From the NCBI GenBank assembly GCA_050177605.1, contig JBFXGX010000003.1:84006-130717 (forward strand): DNA of 46,712 bases. The letters run 5' to 3'. Positions 1-8,861 of the stretch are shown here, piece after piece. Every line of letters begins with the position of its first letter. The stretch's first letter is position 1. This DNA is from Candidatus Izemoplasmatales bacterium. GTDB lineage: Bacteria > Bacillota_I > Bacilli_A > Izemoplasmatales > Hujiaoplasmataceae. The notes below the pieces were generated by a model. That model was not told the origin of the DNA and made no database searches. It was given only the letters and a program-made list of their open reading frames with translations. The translations under genes and the position numbers were made by a program.

Positions 1-330
1 CAAGAAGTGCTCAATAAAAGTTTCAGCAGGTAAACTGATGAGTTCAGGGCTAACCTCAAGAACATAAAAATAGTCAAAACCTTTTTCAATCGCTTTATTC
101 ATTTTATCTTGAAGTGAGGACAGATAATAGAATCTTTCATGTCGAATATGCGCCATGATATAATCGGAAAATGTCATCAGAGCTGAAGGTATTTGATTTT
201 CCTTCGCTAGTTCAATCGTTTTATCCATTAACTTTTGATGTGCTAAATGAACACCATCAAAAAAACCTAGACATAACACTAAGTTTTTTTGTTCTATGAT
301 GGAATTTGCAGTTAAATAGATGATTTTCAA
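1..330 (-). CDS. ribF: Bifunctional riboflavin kinase/FAD synthetase, N-terminal part (runs off the window edge)
   Basis: Manual translation from TTG at 330: MKIIYLTANSIEQKKLSVMLGFFDGVHLAHQKL...; GxFDGVHxxH motif; overlaps the truB stop (TTGA); conserved truB-ribF order. Confidence 0.9.
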   Translation of the reverse strand, partial: MKIIYLTANSIIEQKNLVLCLGFFDGVHLAHQKLMDKTIELAKENQIPSALMTFSDYIMAHIRHERFYYLSSLQDKMNKAIEKGFDYFYVLEVSPELISLPAETFIEHFL

Positions 331-1202
331 TTCAGTAACACCGACACTCTCATAACATTTTTATTTGAATCGTAAGTATAAATCGCAAGTGGCAATTTGA
401 TAGATGAATAAACGATTGTATCTTCTTTCGTTGGAAAAATAGAAACCGGCAAAAATCGACCATTCAGGACATATTCTGCTTGTTCATCATTCAAAATGAT
501 TCCTGCCATTCCAAGATAGGGGATAGGATCTAAAAGCTCATAATCCATCGTATGAATCTTTTCAAGGCAAATCGCATCTTTGATGTCAAAAAGCCCTACT
601 TTGGTTCTTCTTAATCCTGAAAGCACAGCTCCAACGCCGAGTGATAAGCCTAAATCTCTAGCAAAAGAGCGAATATACGTTCCTTTGGATACATCCATAT
701 CAATCTCAAAAGAGACTTGTTTTCCTTGCACACAGTAGTTCCTCAAACCGCTCATTTTATAGATTTCAACATTTCGCGGTTCTAAAACCGGTAATTCTTT
801 ATTTTTTCTAGCGAGGTCGACCATCTTCTTGCCATCCACCTTGATTGCGGAATATGCAGGAGGAACTTGTGCGATTTTACCAACCATTTTAGCCAGTTGA
901 TCATTAATTGCTTCAGCAGTTAAATGACTAGCATCTGTTTCACTTAAGATTTTACCAGTAATGTCTAAAGTATCGGACGTTAAACCAAGGGTAATTGTTG
1001 CAGTGTACGATTTATCATGATCCATAAAATACTTGGACAACTTGGTAGCTTTATCTATTAATATGACCATTACACCGGTCGCAAATGGATCTAAAGTACC
1101 CGCATGACCGATTCTCTTTAAATGCAGATGACGTCTGAGATCATTGACAATATCGTGGCTTGTCATGCCTGGGGCTTTATCTATTATTAATATACCATAC
1201 AT
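327..1202 (-). CDS. truB: tRNA pseudouridine(55) synthase
   Basis: GHAGTLDP, PPAYSAIKVDGK and KGTYIRS motifs; start trimmed to ATG 1202 (MYGIL). Confidence 0.96.
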   Translation of the reverse strand: MYGILIIDKAPGMTSHDIVNDLRRHLHLKRIGHAGTLDPFATGVMVILIDKATKLSKYFMDHDKSYTATITLGLTSDTLDITGKILSETDASHLTAEAINDQLAKMVGKIAQVPPAYSAIKVDGKKMVDLARKNKELPVLEPRNVEIYKMSGLRNYCVQGKQVSFEIDMDVSKGTYIRSFARDLGLSLGVGAVLSGLRRTKVGLFDIKDAICLEKIHTMDYELLDPIPYLGMAGIILNDEQAEYVLNGRFLPVSIFPTKEDTIVYSSIKLPLAIYTYDSNKNVMRVSVLLN

Positions 1203-1230
1203 TGGTTGATCTCCATCCTTCAAAAGTCTA

Positions 1231-1530
1231 TTATATCACTTTTAATAAAAACCCTTCAAACTCTTTCACTGTCAATGAACCACCTTGTCTAGCAATTTCG
1301 ATACCATCCTTTAAGACAATGATATAAGGGATTCCTTTGACATGGTAATTCTTTGTCATCTCTTTTTCTTTTTCAACATCAATTCGAACAAAGAGAGCGT
1401 CAACTTTATCCTCCAGAGCAACAAATGATTTCGTTACTTGACGACAAGTCCCACACCATCTCGCATAAAACTCAAGGATGACGGTCCCACTTGATAAATC
1501 AAATGGGGTTTCGCTAGTAAATTCAAGCAT
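1231..1530 (-). CDS. Thioredoxin family protein
   Basis: FYARWCGTC active site and cis-Pro motif GIP; downstream of mutS2, as trxA is in many Bacilli. Confidence 0.88.
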   Translation of the reverse strand: MLEFTSETPFDLSSGTVILEFYARWCGTCRQVTKSFVALEDKVDALFVRIDVEKEKEMTKNYHVKGIPYIIVLKDGIEIARQGGSLTVKEFEGFLLKVI

Positions 1531-1541
1531 AACTTCACCTC

Positions 1542-3860
1542 TTATTTGAAATAAATGACTGTGACTCCATTGCCACCTTCATTCATTCCTCCTGGTCTTG
1601 AACTTTTAATATCTTTATTCTTTTTAATATAGTCATGGACGCCTTTTCTTAATGCTCCGGTTCCATAACCATGAATAATATAAGCGAATTCAAGATGATT
1701 AATAAGACAATCATCAATGTATTTGTCAAAAGTATCGATAGCTTCTTCGTATCTCATTCCTCGTAAGTCTAATTCAACTTTAGCGCTCGAAGATGATGCA
1801 ACTTTTACCGATGTTTTCAGTTCTTCTTTTTCCTTCTTTTCAACAAATTCTAAATCTTTGATGTTAAAAATAGAGGACAGCACGCCCATTTGAACTTCAA
1901 ATTCTTTTTCACCACGTTGCTTCGTTACAACGCCATTTCTTTGATACGGAATAACATTGACAATGTCTCCCACTTCAATGGTGCTTAAGTTGACTTTTTG
2001 GTATCCTTTTTTCTTTGACTGAACATTTTTCGCTTGATGTTTTAACGTAGCTAATTCATGTTCTTTAAAGTTTGCAGTTTTTCGAAGTTCATCAAGCTCT
2101 GAAATGAGGTTATTCACTTCTTTTAATGCGTGTTCTAGTTCTGCTTCTTTTTCTTTTTCGAACTTTCTTACAAGGTCATTGTAAGAGCGTTTATGATCGA
2201 CAATTTCTTGTTCTAGTTTTTGCTTTAGTAAAAGATAGTTCGCTTTGTCGATCGCTAAATCATCAATTTCTTTTTGTAAGAGAATCGATTGCTTTTCTAA
2301 TTTTTTCATAAGAATAACCGTATCATTATCAAATTGTAAGGATACATGTTTCGCATATTCAATAATCTCTTGTTGGAGACCTAGACGAGAGGCAATATCA
2401 AGTGCATTTGAAGCACCAGGAACGCCGATTTGGAGTCTGTAGGTTGGTCTCAAAGTCGTGATGTCAAACTCAACCGAAGCATTCACTGTGTCTTCTAAAT
2501 CATATGCATATATTTTTAATTCTGGGTAGTGGGTTGTGACCATTGAATAAACACTTTTTTTACGAATAAAGTTAAGAATGCTCATCGCAAGCGATGCGCC
2601 CTCTTTTGGATCTGTACCAGAACCAAGTTCATCGAGTAAGATTAAAGAATTATTCGTCATATGGTGTAATATATAAATGATTTTTGTAATATGGGAACTA
2701 AATGTTGAAAGGGACTGTTCAATGGACTGTTCATCCCCTATATCTGCAAAAATATGATTAAATACCATTGTTTTTGAGTCTTTGAGTACTGGAATAAGCA
2801 TTCCTGATTGAACCATAATCGAAAGCAAACCAAGCGTTTTAAGGGCAACTGTTTTTCCACCAGTATTTGGACCAGTAATGATAATTGTTTTATAATCAAA
2901 AAAGGTTATATTATTAGCGACCACTTGATCTCTGGGAATGAATGGATGTCTCGCACCGAGTAAAGAAATGTCATGATCTGTAATTTCTGGTCTCGTAAAA
3001 TCATTTTGAATCGCATATTTTGCTTTTGCAAAGATGATATCCAACGTAGTAAATAGCGTTAAGTTATTTAATAATTCAAAAGCGTATTCGCTCACAATTT
3101 TGGATAACTTCGCTAGTATTTTATCAATTTCAACTTGTTCATCGACTTGAAGACTGGCAAGGTTATTATTGATTTCAACACAACTCATTGGTTCAATAAA
3201 TACCGTTTCTTTTGAAGCTGATTGGTCGTGAATAATTCCTTTGAAACTATTTTTATATTCACTCTTCACAGGAAGGACTAATCGATTATTGCGAATAGTA
3301 ATGATTGTATCCGTTAATTTTGCAGCTTCAGTATGAAGTAAAGATGCCATCTTTTCTTCAATTCTTTTTTCTTGGATATGAATTTTTTTTCGAATTGACG
3401 CAAGTTCGACGCTAGCGCTGTCAACCACATTTCCCCGGTCGTCAATACATTCTTCGATATTTCTTTTCAACACTGGATGAGTAATTATCTCTTCGTAATA
3501 ATGTCCGAGCCAAGTAGTATCAATTTCAAGTTGTTTAATTTTTTTAATGTAAGTGACAGACTTTTGTGATGCTTCGATTAATGAAACAACACGTAGAAGT
3601 TCTTCTACCGATAATGTCGAACCGATTTGACTACGACGTAATGCTTCTTTCACGTTCAAAACACCTGTCATTGGTGTCTCGTCATAACGAGCAATCCAAG
3701 TACAGGCTTCATCCACTTCATCAAGTAAAAGAATGACATCACTCTTTTTGTTTGTCGGTTCAATTTGTAAAATAAGTTCTTTCGCAAGGTCACTTACGGC
3801 AAAGCGGCGAAGTTCCAATAATATTTTATCAAATTCTAGTACCACGCGATCAGTATTCAT
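1542..3860 (-). CDS. mutS2: MutS2 (ATPase, coiled coil, KOW, Smr domain)
   Basis: TGPNTGGKT, DIGDEQSIEQSLSTFS, LLDELGSGTDP; C-terminal LDLRG...IIHGYGTG; start trimmed to ATG 3860 with RBS AAGGTG. Confidence 0.96.
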   Translation of the reverse strand: MNTDRVVLEFDKILLELRRFAVSDLAKELILQIEPTNKKSDVILLLDEVDEACTWIARYDETPMTGVLNVKEALRRSQIGSTLSVEELLRVVSLIEASQKSVTYIKKIKQLEIDTTWLGHYYEEIITHPVLKRNIEECIDDRGNVVDSASVELASIRKKIHIQEKRIEEKMASLLHTEAAKLTDTIITIRNNRLVLPVKSEYKNSFKGIIHDQSASKETVFIEPMSCVEINNNLASLQVDEQVEIDKILAKLSKIVSEYAFELLNNLTLFTTLDIIFAKAKYAIQNDFTRPEITDHDISLLGARHPFIPRDQVVANNITFFDYKTIIITGPNTGGKTVALKTLGLLSIMVQSGMLIPVLKDSKTMVFNHIFADIGDEQSIEQSLSTFSSHITKIIYILHHMTNNSLILLDELGSGTDPKEGASLAMSILNFIRKKSVYSMVTTHYPELKIYAYDLEDTVNASVEFDITTLRPTYRLQIGVPGASNALDIASRLGLQQEIIEYAKHVSLQFDNDTVILMKKLEKQSILLQKEIDDLAIDKANYLLLKQKLEQEIVDHKRSYNDLVRKFEKEKEAELEHALKEVNNLISELDELRKTANFKEHELATLKHQAKNVQSKKKGYQKVNLSTIEVGDIVNVIPYQRNGVVTKQRGEKEFEVQMGVLSSIFNIKDLEFVEKKEKEELKTSVKVASSSSAKVELDLRGMRYEEAIDTFDKYIDDCLINHLEFAYIIHGYGTGALRKGVHDYIKKNKDIKSSRPGGMNEGGNGVTVIYFK

Positions 3861-3881
3861 ATCTTCACCTTCATTCACTTC

Positions 3882-3908
3882 TATTTTATCATATTTTATG
3901 GTAAAATA
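3882..3908. promoter_or_regulatory. Back-to-back extended -10 elements for mutS2 (-) and rnhC (+)
   Basis: TATGATAAAAT on the minus strand (3893-3883) and TATGGTAAAAT on the plus strand (3897-3907) in a 66-bp gap. Confidence 0.55.
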
Positions 3909-3926
3909 TACCAAGGAGTTGAGACC

Positions 3927-4850
3927 ATGACTTATGTTTTTACAATCAAAGATGAGGGGATTGCTCAAATAGTTGATTTTTATAATGATTATCAAGTCAA
4001 TCCGACATCACCTTACATCAAGTATATGTTTAAAAATGATGACATTGTCGTGTCAATTTTTACGTCTAACAAGGTTACTTTACAAGGAAATGCAGCCCAG
4101 GAAGACTATTTGATGTGGTCTGAAATCCTTGGTTTCGAGGCTCAAACATCACTTGAAAAAGAGACTACGACTAAAACAAACCAAGCTACGCTGCAGTTTT
4201 TAAGTGAATCTACCATCGGATCTGATGAAGTAGGTACTGGTGATTTCTTTGGGCCAGTGGTTGTGGTCGCTTGTTATGTACGTAAAGAATTTATTCAAAA
4301 ATTAAGAGATGCAGGCGTCGATGATTCTAAGAAACTAAATGATGAAGCGATTATGAGAATTGTACCTCAAATTGAACCTTTCGTTTTATACCAATTGCTC
4401 GTTGTTGATAATCCAAAGTATAATGATCTTGTAAGAAACGGTTTTAATTTAAACAAAATTAAAGCCTATTTACATAATCATGCAATCTTAAAACTAAAAT
4501 CACGCATACATGAAAATGTTGATCGAGTAATCCTTGATGAATTTTGTTCAAAGAAAAACTATTTCGACTACTTGTCTGGTCGTGATTATTACAGTGACAT
4601 TACTTTTTTACAAAAAGCAGAATCACAAAGTATTGCCGTTGCAGCTGCATCGATTATTGCAAGATATAACTTCTTAAAAGAAATGGATAAATTATCTACC
4701 AAAATGGGATTTGTTTTACCGAAAGGTGCTGGAGAGATTGTTGATTTACTGGGGAAAAGAATTGCTTTAGAACACGGTTTTGCAATCTTTGAAGAGATAG
4801 CGAAAATTCATTTCAAAAACTTCGAGAAAATCAAACAGATGACGAAATAG
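3927..4850 (+). CDS. rnhC: Ribonuclease HIII
   Basis: N-terminal TBP-like region, IGSDEVGTGDFFGP, GVDDSKKL and VAAASIIAR motifs. Confidence 0.95.
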   Translation: MTYVFTIKDEGIAQIVDFYNDYQVNPTSPYIKYMFKNDDIVVSIFTSNKVTLQGNAAQEDYLMWSEILGFEAQTSLEKETTTKTNQATLQFLSESTIGSDEVGTGDFFGPVVVVACYVRKEFIQKLRDAGVDDSKKLNDEAIMRIVPQIEPFVLYQLLVVDNPKYNDLVRNGFNLNKIKAYLHNHAILKLKSRIHENVDRVILDEFCSKKNYFDYLSGRDYYSDITFLQKAESQSIAVAAASIIARYNFLKEMDKLSTKMGFVLPKGAGEIVDLLGKRIALEHGFAIFEEIAKIHFKNFEKIKQMTK

Positions 4851-4863
4851 TCATCTTTTTTTT
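4837..4863 (+). terminator. Intrinsic terminator of rnhC
   Basis: AGATGAC-gaaata-GTCATCT followed by a T tract. Confidence 0.7.
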
Positions 4864-4875
4864 ATCAAAAAATAA

Positions 4876-4891
4876 GTTAGCGAAAACTAAC
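4876..4891. promoter_or_regulatory. Candidate DtxR/MntR-type operator upstream of sodA
   Basis: GTTAG-cgaaaa-CTAAC palindrome about 40 bp upstream of TATAAT (4932-4937). Confidence 0.4.
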
Positions 4892-4971
4892 ATTTTTGAG
4901 CATATTGTTTTATTTTGAATCATGATGGAAGTATAATAGAAGTATAAAAATTAATATTTCCTAGGAGGATA

Positions 4972-5577
4972 ATGAATATGAAATTTGAATTACAACAACT
5001 CAATTATGCTTATAATGCATTAGAGCCACACATTGACGAATTAACGATGACAATCCATCACACGAAACATCATCAAGGATATGTAAATAACCTAAACGCA
5101 GCCTTAGAAAAACATCCTGAGCTAAACGTTACTTCCCTTGAAGATTTACTATTAAATCTTGACAAATTACCAATAGATATTGAAACTGCAGTACGTAATA
5201 ATGGTGGAGGAGTCTATAATCACAATTTATTCTTCTCAACACTAAAATTGAATGAATTTGGTAAACCAGAAGGAAAATTACTAGATAAAATCAACGCTGC
5301 ATTTGGATCTTTTGAGGGATTCAAGGATGCTTTCGCAAATGCTGCAAAAACGAGATTTGGTTCTGGTTGGGCTTGGTTAATCGAAAACAAAGAAGGTAAG
5401 TTAGAAGTTGTTTCAACACCAAATCAAGATAGTCCTTTACTTCTTGGTACACCACTTCTTGGAATTGATGTTTGGGAACATGCATACTACCTAAAATATC
5501 AAAACAGAAGACCAGAATATATCGATAATTTCTTCCACGTAATCGACTGGAACCTTGTCAGTTCCCGTCTTCAATAA
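4972..5577 (+). CDS. sodA: Superoxide dismutase, Fe/Mn family, likely Mn type
   Basis: [25 protein letters not shown] and DVWEHAYY motifs; RBS AGGAGG. Confidence 0.96.
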   Translation: MNMKFELQQLNYAYNALEPHIDELTMTIHHTKHHQGYVNNLNAALEKHPELNVTSLEDLLLNLDKLPIDIETAVRNNGGGVYNHNLFFSTLKLNEFGKPEGKLLDKINAAFGSFEGFKDAFANAAKTRFGSGWAWLIENKEGKLEVVSTPNQDSPLLLGTPLLGIDVWEHAYYLKYQNRRPEYIDNFFHVIDWNLVSSRLQ

Positions 5578-5592
5578 AAACTCTCCCTTATG

Positions 5593-5625
5593 AAAAAGGT
5601 TGGCTAAAATTAGCCAACCTTTTTT
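5593..5625. terminator. Bidirectional terminator between sodA and the ABC operon
   Basis: AAAAAGGTTGGCTAA-aa-TTAGCCAACCTTTTT perfect hairpin with A and T tracts. Confidence 0.85.
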
Positions 5626-5627
5626 CT

Positions 5628-5762
5628 TTATTCGTGTTCTTCTTCGTCTTTATATACTACTTTTTTAATTGCTTTTTCTTTCATCTTTTTAAAGAAAGCA
5701 AGCTTCAAATATCCAATCGCTCCAACACCTACTATAATGAGGAGCCAATAATACCATTCCAT
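5628..5762 (-). CDS. 44-aa single-pass membrane peptide (not in the ORF track)
   Basis: MEWYYWLLIIVGVGAIGYLKLAFFKKMKEKAIKKVVYKDEEEHE; strong RBS AGGAGG; fills the gap between the permease stop and the terminator. Confidence 0.8.
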   Translation of the reverse strand: MEWYYWLLIIVGVGAIGYLKLAFFKKMKEKAIKKVVYKDEEEHE

Positions 5763-5772
5763 AAACTTCCTC

Positions 5773-6588
5773 CTATCTTAAATTTGATTTTTTAACGAAT
5801 AATTTTACACATAACACACCAACAAATATTGTATAAACTGTGCCAATAATCATATACATCGCAAAGGATAAATTACTAGGATCACTCATTCCAATTTCAG
5901 CATAAACTTCATTTAACAAAGCTTTCATCGTCCAAAAGTTAGGGAAGATTCCTAAAATATATTGCTTTGCATCATGAAATATATTGAGCAAGCTTAATAT
6001 TGGTAACATCACTACAAGTCCAAAACTTTTCATTGTCGCGAAGCCTTCAACTTTATTTTTCGCTACGAGTCCCATCACAACCGCAATCATTGGTACTGTT
6101 AAACTTGAAACAAGCGAGAAAACAATTAATTCAGGTATACTGATCGCGTCAAGAAGATAAATTGAAGTTGCCCCAAGTGTAATTACATATTTACTTGTCG
6201 CAATGAGTTTCAATCCACCTACCATCACGAGATTTCCTAGTACCGCAATGATAGTTGTATAGATAATTTTAAATGTCGTGTAACCTGAGACCGTAATAGG
6301 TGTCACTGCGATATTGATGAGTGTATTTTCATCTTTATTTTCAATGATTGAAAATCCAAGCATTGCTCCACTGACAAATCCACCCATGACCAGCGCAACT
6401 ACAAAACCAATCAATAAGGTATTCATTGTAGCCATCGAATCTGTCGTTGTTGTTCTTTCAAGAATCGCAGGAATGATAAATCCTAAAATAAATACAATAA
6501 AGAGTGGGAAAAAGAGCATAAAGATACTGAGAGAATTTTTCAACATTGTTTTTAATTCATAACGAAGCATGTTCATATATTTTTTCAT
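5773..6588 (-). CDS. ABC-2 type exporter permease
   Basis: About 6 hydrophobic helices; ENKDENTL...AVTP loop; resembles fluoroquinolone-export-type permeases. Confidence 0.85.
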   Translation of the reverse strand: MKKYMNMLRYELKTMLKNSLSIFMLFFPLFIVFILGFIIPAILERTTTTDSMATMNTLLIGFVVALVMGGFVSGAMLGFSIIENKDENTLINIAVTPITVSGYTTFKIIYTTIIAVLGNLVMVGGLKLIATSKYVITLGATSIYLLDAISIPELIVFSLVSSLTVPMIAVVMGLVAKNKVEGFATMKSFGLVVMLPILSLLNIFHDAKQYILGIFPNFWTMKALLNEVYAEIGMSDPSNLSFAMYMIIGTVYTIFVGVLCVKLFVKKSNLR

Positions 6589-6592
6589 ATTT

Positions 6593-7309
6593 CTACCCCT
6601 CTATTGCTACTTTACAAAATTGTTTATATACAAAGACAGGATAAACGATTAAAGGTAATATGACGAGGACTGCAAAACTGAGTAATAATCTCCACGTATC
6701 GACTTCTTTAAATGTAGATTCAAATAATGTTTGACCCGCATAACTAGGAGATAAATAAACGATAAATTCTAGCCAAGAAGGAATCATCCCCAGACCCATA
6801 AATAAGATGGGTGATATAAGTACAATTGCGAGCACCATATACCTTACAAGCATTTGCATAAAGTCATTCGCATGTAGTGCCATCCAATATCCAATCGATG
6901 TATGTGCGAGCACAACAATTATCATATAAAACAACATTGGCAAGAAATGAAGCACATTCCCATAAAATACCAAAACGGAGCCAACAACGATGACAAGCGA
7001 AATGAGAGCCACCACAATTGCAGAAATTACTTTTGCCGCAAGTATCCATGATAATTTCATTGGACTCACTAACATCGCATGCAGCGTACCTTCTTGTTTT
7101 TCTAAAAAGTATCCAGAGCCTAACAAAATAATACTCATTAGTCCTGCATCCATAAGAACGAGACTCGGTGCTAAACTAATCGCGGTTTGTTCATCAGTGA
7201 AATAGATGATGAGTACCCAAATAAACGAAACGATGATTCCAAAGAAGATAATTTTATATTTTACAAGGCGAACTAATTCACCTCTGACAAGATGAAGGAA
7301 TCTTTTCAT
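6593..7309 (-). CDS. ABC-2 type exporter permease
   Basis: About 6 hydrophobic helices; FLEKQEGTLHAMLVSP motif. Confidence 0.87.
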   Translation of the reverse strand: MKRFLHLVRGELVRLVKYKIIFFGIIVSFIWVLIIYFTDEQTAISLAPSLVLMDAGLMSIILLGSGYFLEKQEGTLHAMLVSPMKLSWILAAKVISAIVVALISLVIVVGSVLVFYGNVLHFLPMLFYMIIVVLAHTSIGYWMALHANDFMQMLVRYMVLAIVLISPILFMGLGMIPSWLEFIVYLSPSYAGQTLFESTFKEVDTWRLLLSFAVLVILPLIVYPVFVYKQFCKVAIEG

Positions 7310-7310
7310 C

Positions 7311-8165
7311 TTACTCTACTCCTGTGACTTTAATAAAGATATCTTCTAATGTCGTTTCACCACTATGAATTGTTTCGATATGTTCCTTTTTAATTAATTC
7401 TTGAAAAGCAGTATTCTGACCTAAATCATCCAGTGGAAATACTTCACTTGTAAGTTCATCTTGACGGTAGTATTCTACCCTGACTTCTTTCTTACCATAT
7501 TTCATCTTTAAATCACGTACGGTTGCAGTTTCAGTAATTTCACCACCACGTATAAAAACAACATGGTCACATAATTGTTCGACATCTCCCATCAGATGGG
7601 TAGTAATAAAGACGGTTTTTCCTTCTTTCTTGAAATCAAGAATTAAGTCTTTAATAATTTTTGCATTTTTAGGATCAAGTCCTGCAGTGGGTTCATCTAA
7701 GAATAATACTTTCGGATCATTGACCAAAGCTCTGACAAAGTTTAGTCTAACTTTCATCCCTTTTGAATAAGTTCCTACTTCCTGATTTCTTGCCTCAAAT
7801 AAACCGACCTTTGTCAGGATGGCTTCGTAATCTAAATTCTTTTTATAGAGCCCTGCAAAATAATCCAAATTTTCCATTGCGGATAGTTTGTTGAAATGTA
7901 CAGGCATTTCAAACCCTACACCAACTTCTTCATAAAATTCTTTTTTATACTCTTTTAAATTCTTTCCAAAGTAAAGAATTTCGCCTTCGTAGTCTTCTAG
8001 AAGCTTGGAAAGAATTTTTTGTGTCGTCGATTTACCGGCACCACTTGGCCCTAAAAAACCAAATACTTTTCCTTCTTCTACTTGAAAACTAATTCCTTTA
8101 ATCGTCAATTCATCATTTTTGGGATACTTAAATTTTAAATTACGAATCTCAAATGCGTTTGCCAT
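7311..8165 (-). CDS. ABC exporter ATP-binding protein
   Basis: Walker A GPSGAGKST, signature YSKGM, Walker B LFLDEP, H-loop TTH. Confidence 0.95.
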   Translation of the reverse strand: MANAFEIRNLKFKYPKNDELTIKGISFQVEEGKVFGFLGPSGAGKSTTQKILSKLLEDYEGEILYFGKNLKEYKKEFYEEVGVGFEMPVHFNKLSAMENLDYFAGLYKKNLDYEAILTKVGLFEARNQEVGTYSKGMKVRLNFVRALVNDPKVLFLDEPTAGLDPKNAKIIKDLILDFKKEGKTVFITTHLMGDVEQLCDHVVFIRGGEITETATVRDLKMKYGKKEVRVEYYRQDELTSEVFPLDDLGQNTAFQELIKKEHIETIHSGETTLEDIFIKVTGVE

Positions 8166-8167
8166 GG

Positions 8168-8764
8168 TTATTTCTCCATTCCCTTTAGTAATGTTTTTAG
8201 AAAATTAATTGAATGATCTCGTAATGATTCAAGTTTATCGAGAGTTAAGTCCTTTGTGACAATCGTGTGTTGTAATCCTTCCACACCGATTCTTAAATAA
8301 CTAATCACATCTTCTTTCGAGAAACGAGGATCGATTTTATCCATCGATATTTCTTGAAAAAAGGTCTCTATAGATAGTTTTGTAAGTTCTTTAGTATGAG
8401 ATAAGATGACTGAACTGATCTCTTCCGGAGGATTGGTCAACCCTTCTAGCAGGACATTCATTTCGTATGGATGATCTTTAGCATAGTTCATCTTCCAAAT
8501 CATTACCGCAATAATCTTATCAAAAGGGTCGATTTCATTTTTAAATCCAGCCAAATCAAGTTCCTGTACCATTTGATCGAGTGCTTTTTTGAACACTTGA
8601 TAGAAAAGCTCTGCTTTGGATCCAAAGATTTTAAAGATGGATCCTTTCGATACCATTGCCCGAGGATATATTTGATTGGTTGAAGCATGACGGTAACCTT
8701 TTGTACCAAATTCAATCAGTGCTGCTTCCAAGATTCTATCGCTCACTGTTTTATTCTCTTCCAA
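8168..8764 (-). CDS. TetR/AcrR family transcriptional regulator
   Basis: N-terminal HTH RILEAALIEFGTKGY...VSKGSIFKIFGSKAEL; probable start TTG 8764 (or ATG 8770) after GGAGG. Confidence 0.9.
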   Translation of the reverse strand: MEENKTVSDRILEAALIEFGTKGYRHASTNQIYPRAMVSKGSIFKIFGSKAELFYQVFKKALDQMVQELDLAGFKNEIDPFDKIIAVMIWKMNYAKDHPYEMNVLLEGLTNPPEEISSVILSHTKELTKLSIETFFQEISMDKIDPRFSKEDVISYLRIGVEGLQHTIVTKDLTLDKLESLRDHSINFLKTLLKGMEK

Positions 8765-8780
8765 ACGCATCCCTCCTCCA

Positions 8781-8829
8781 GTGACCACCTGGTCACCTTT
8801 AGTTTACTCTTGTTGAATCACTTTGTCAA
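8781..8829 (-). promoter_or_regulatory. Sigma-A promoter of the tetR-ABC operon with a palindromic operator
   Basis: TTGACA (8829-8824), 17-bp spacer, TAAACT (8806-8801); GTGACCA-cc-TGGTCAC at 8781-8796. Confidence 0.8.
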
Positions 8830-8836
8830 GAGAAAT

Positions 8837-8861
8837 AAAAAAACCAGTAATCTACTGGTTT
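8837..8861 (-). terminator. Intrinsic terminator after rluA
   Basis: Minus strand AAACCAGTA-ga-TTACTGGTTTTTTT, overlapping the stop codon. Confidence 0.7.

Noticed and set aside
3861..3995. N-terminal extension of MutS2 overlapping rnhC (similar extensions on nadC, recO and apt)
   Set aside because: Longest-ORF artefacts; RBS-backed starts exist downstream at 3860, 22886, 42792 and 19897
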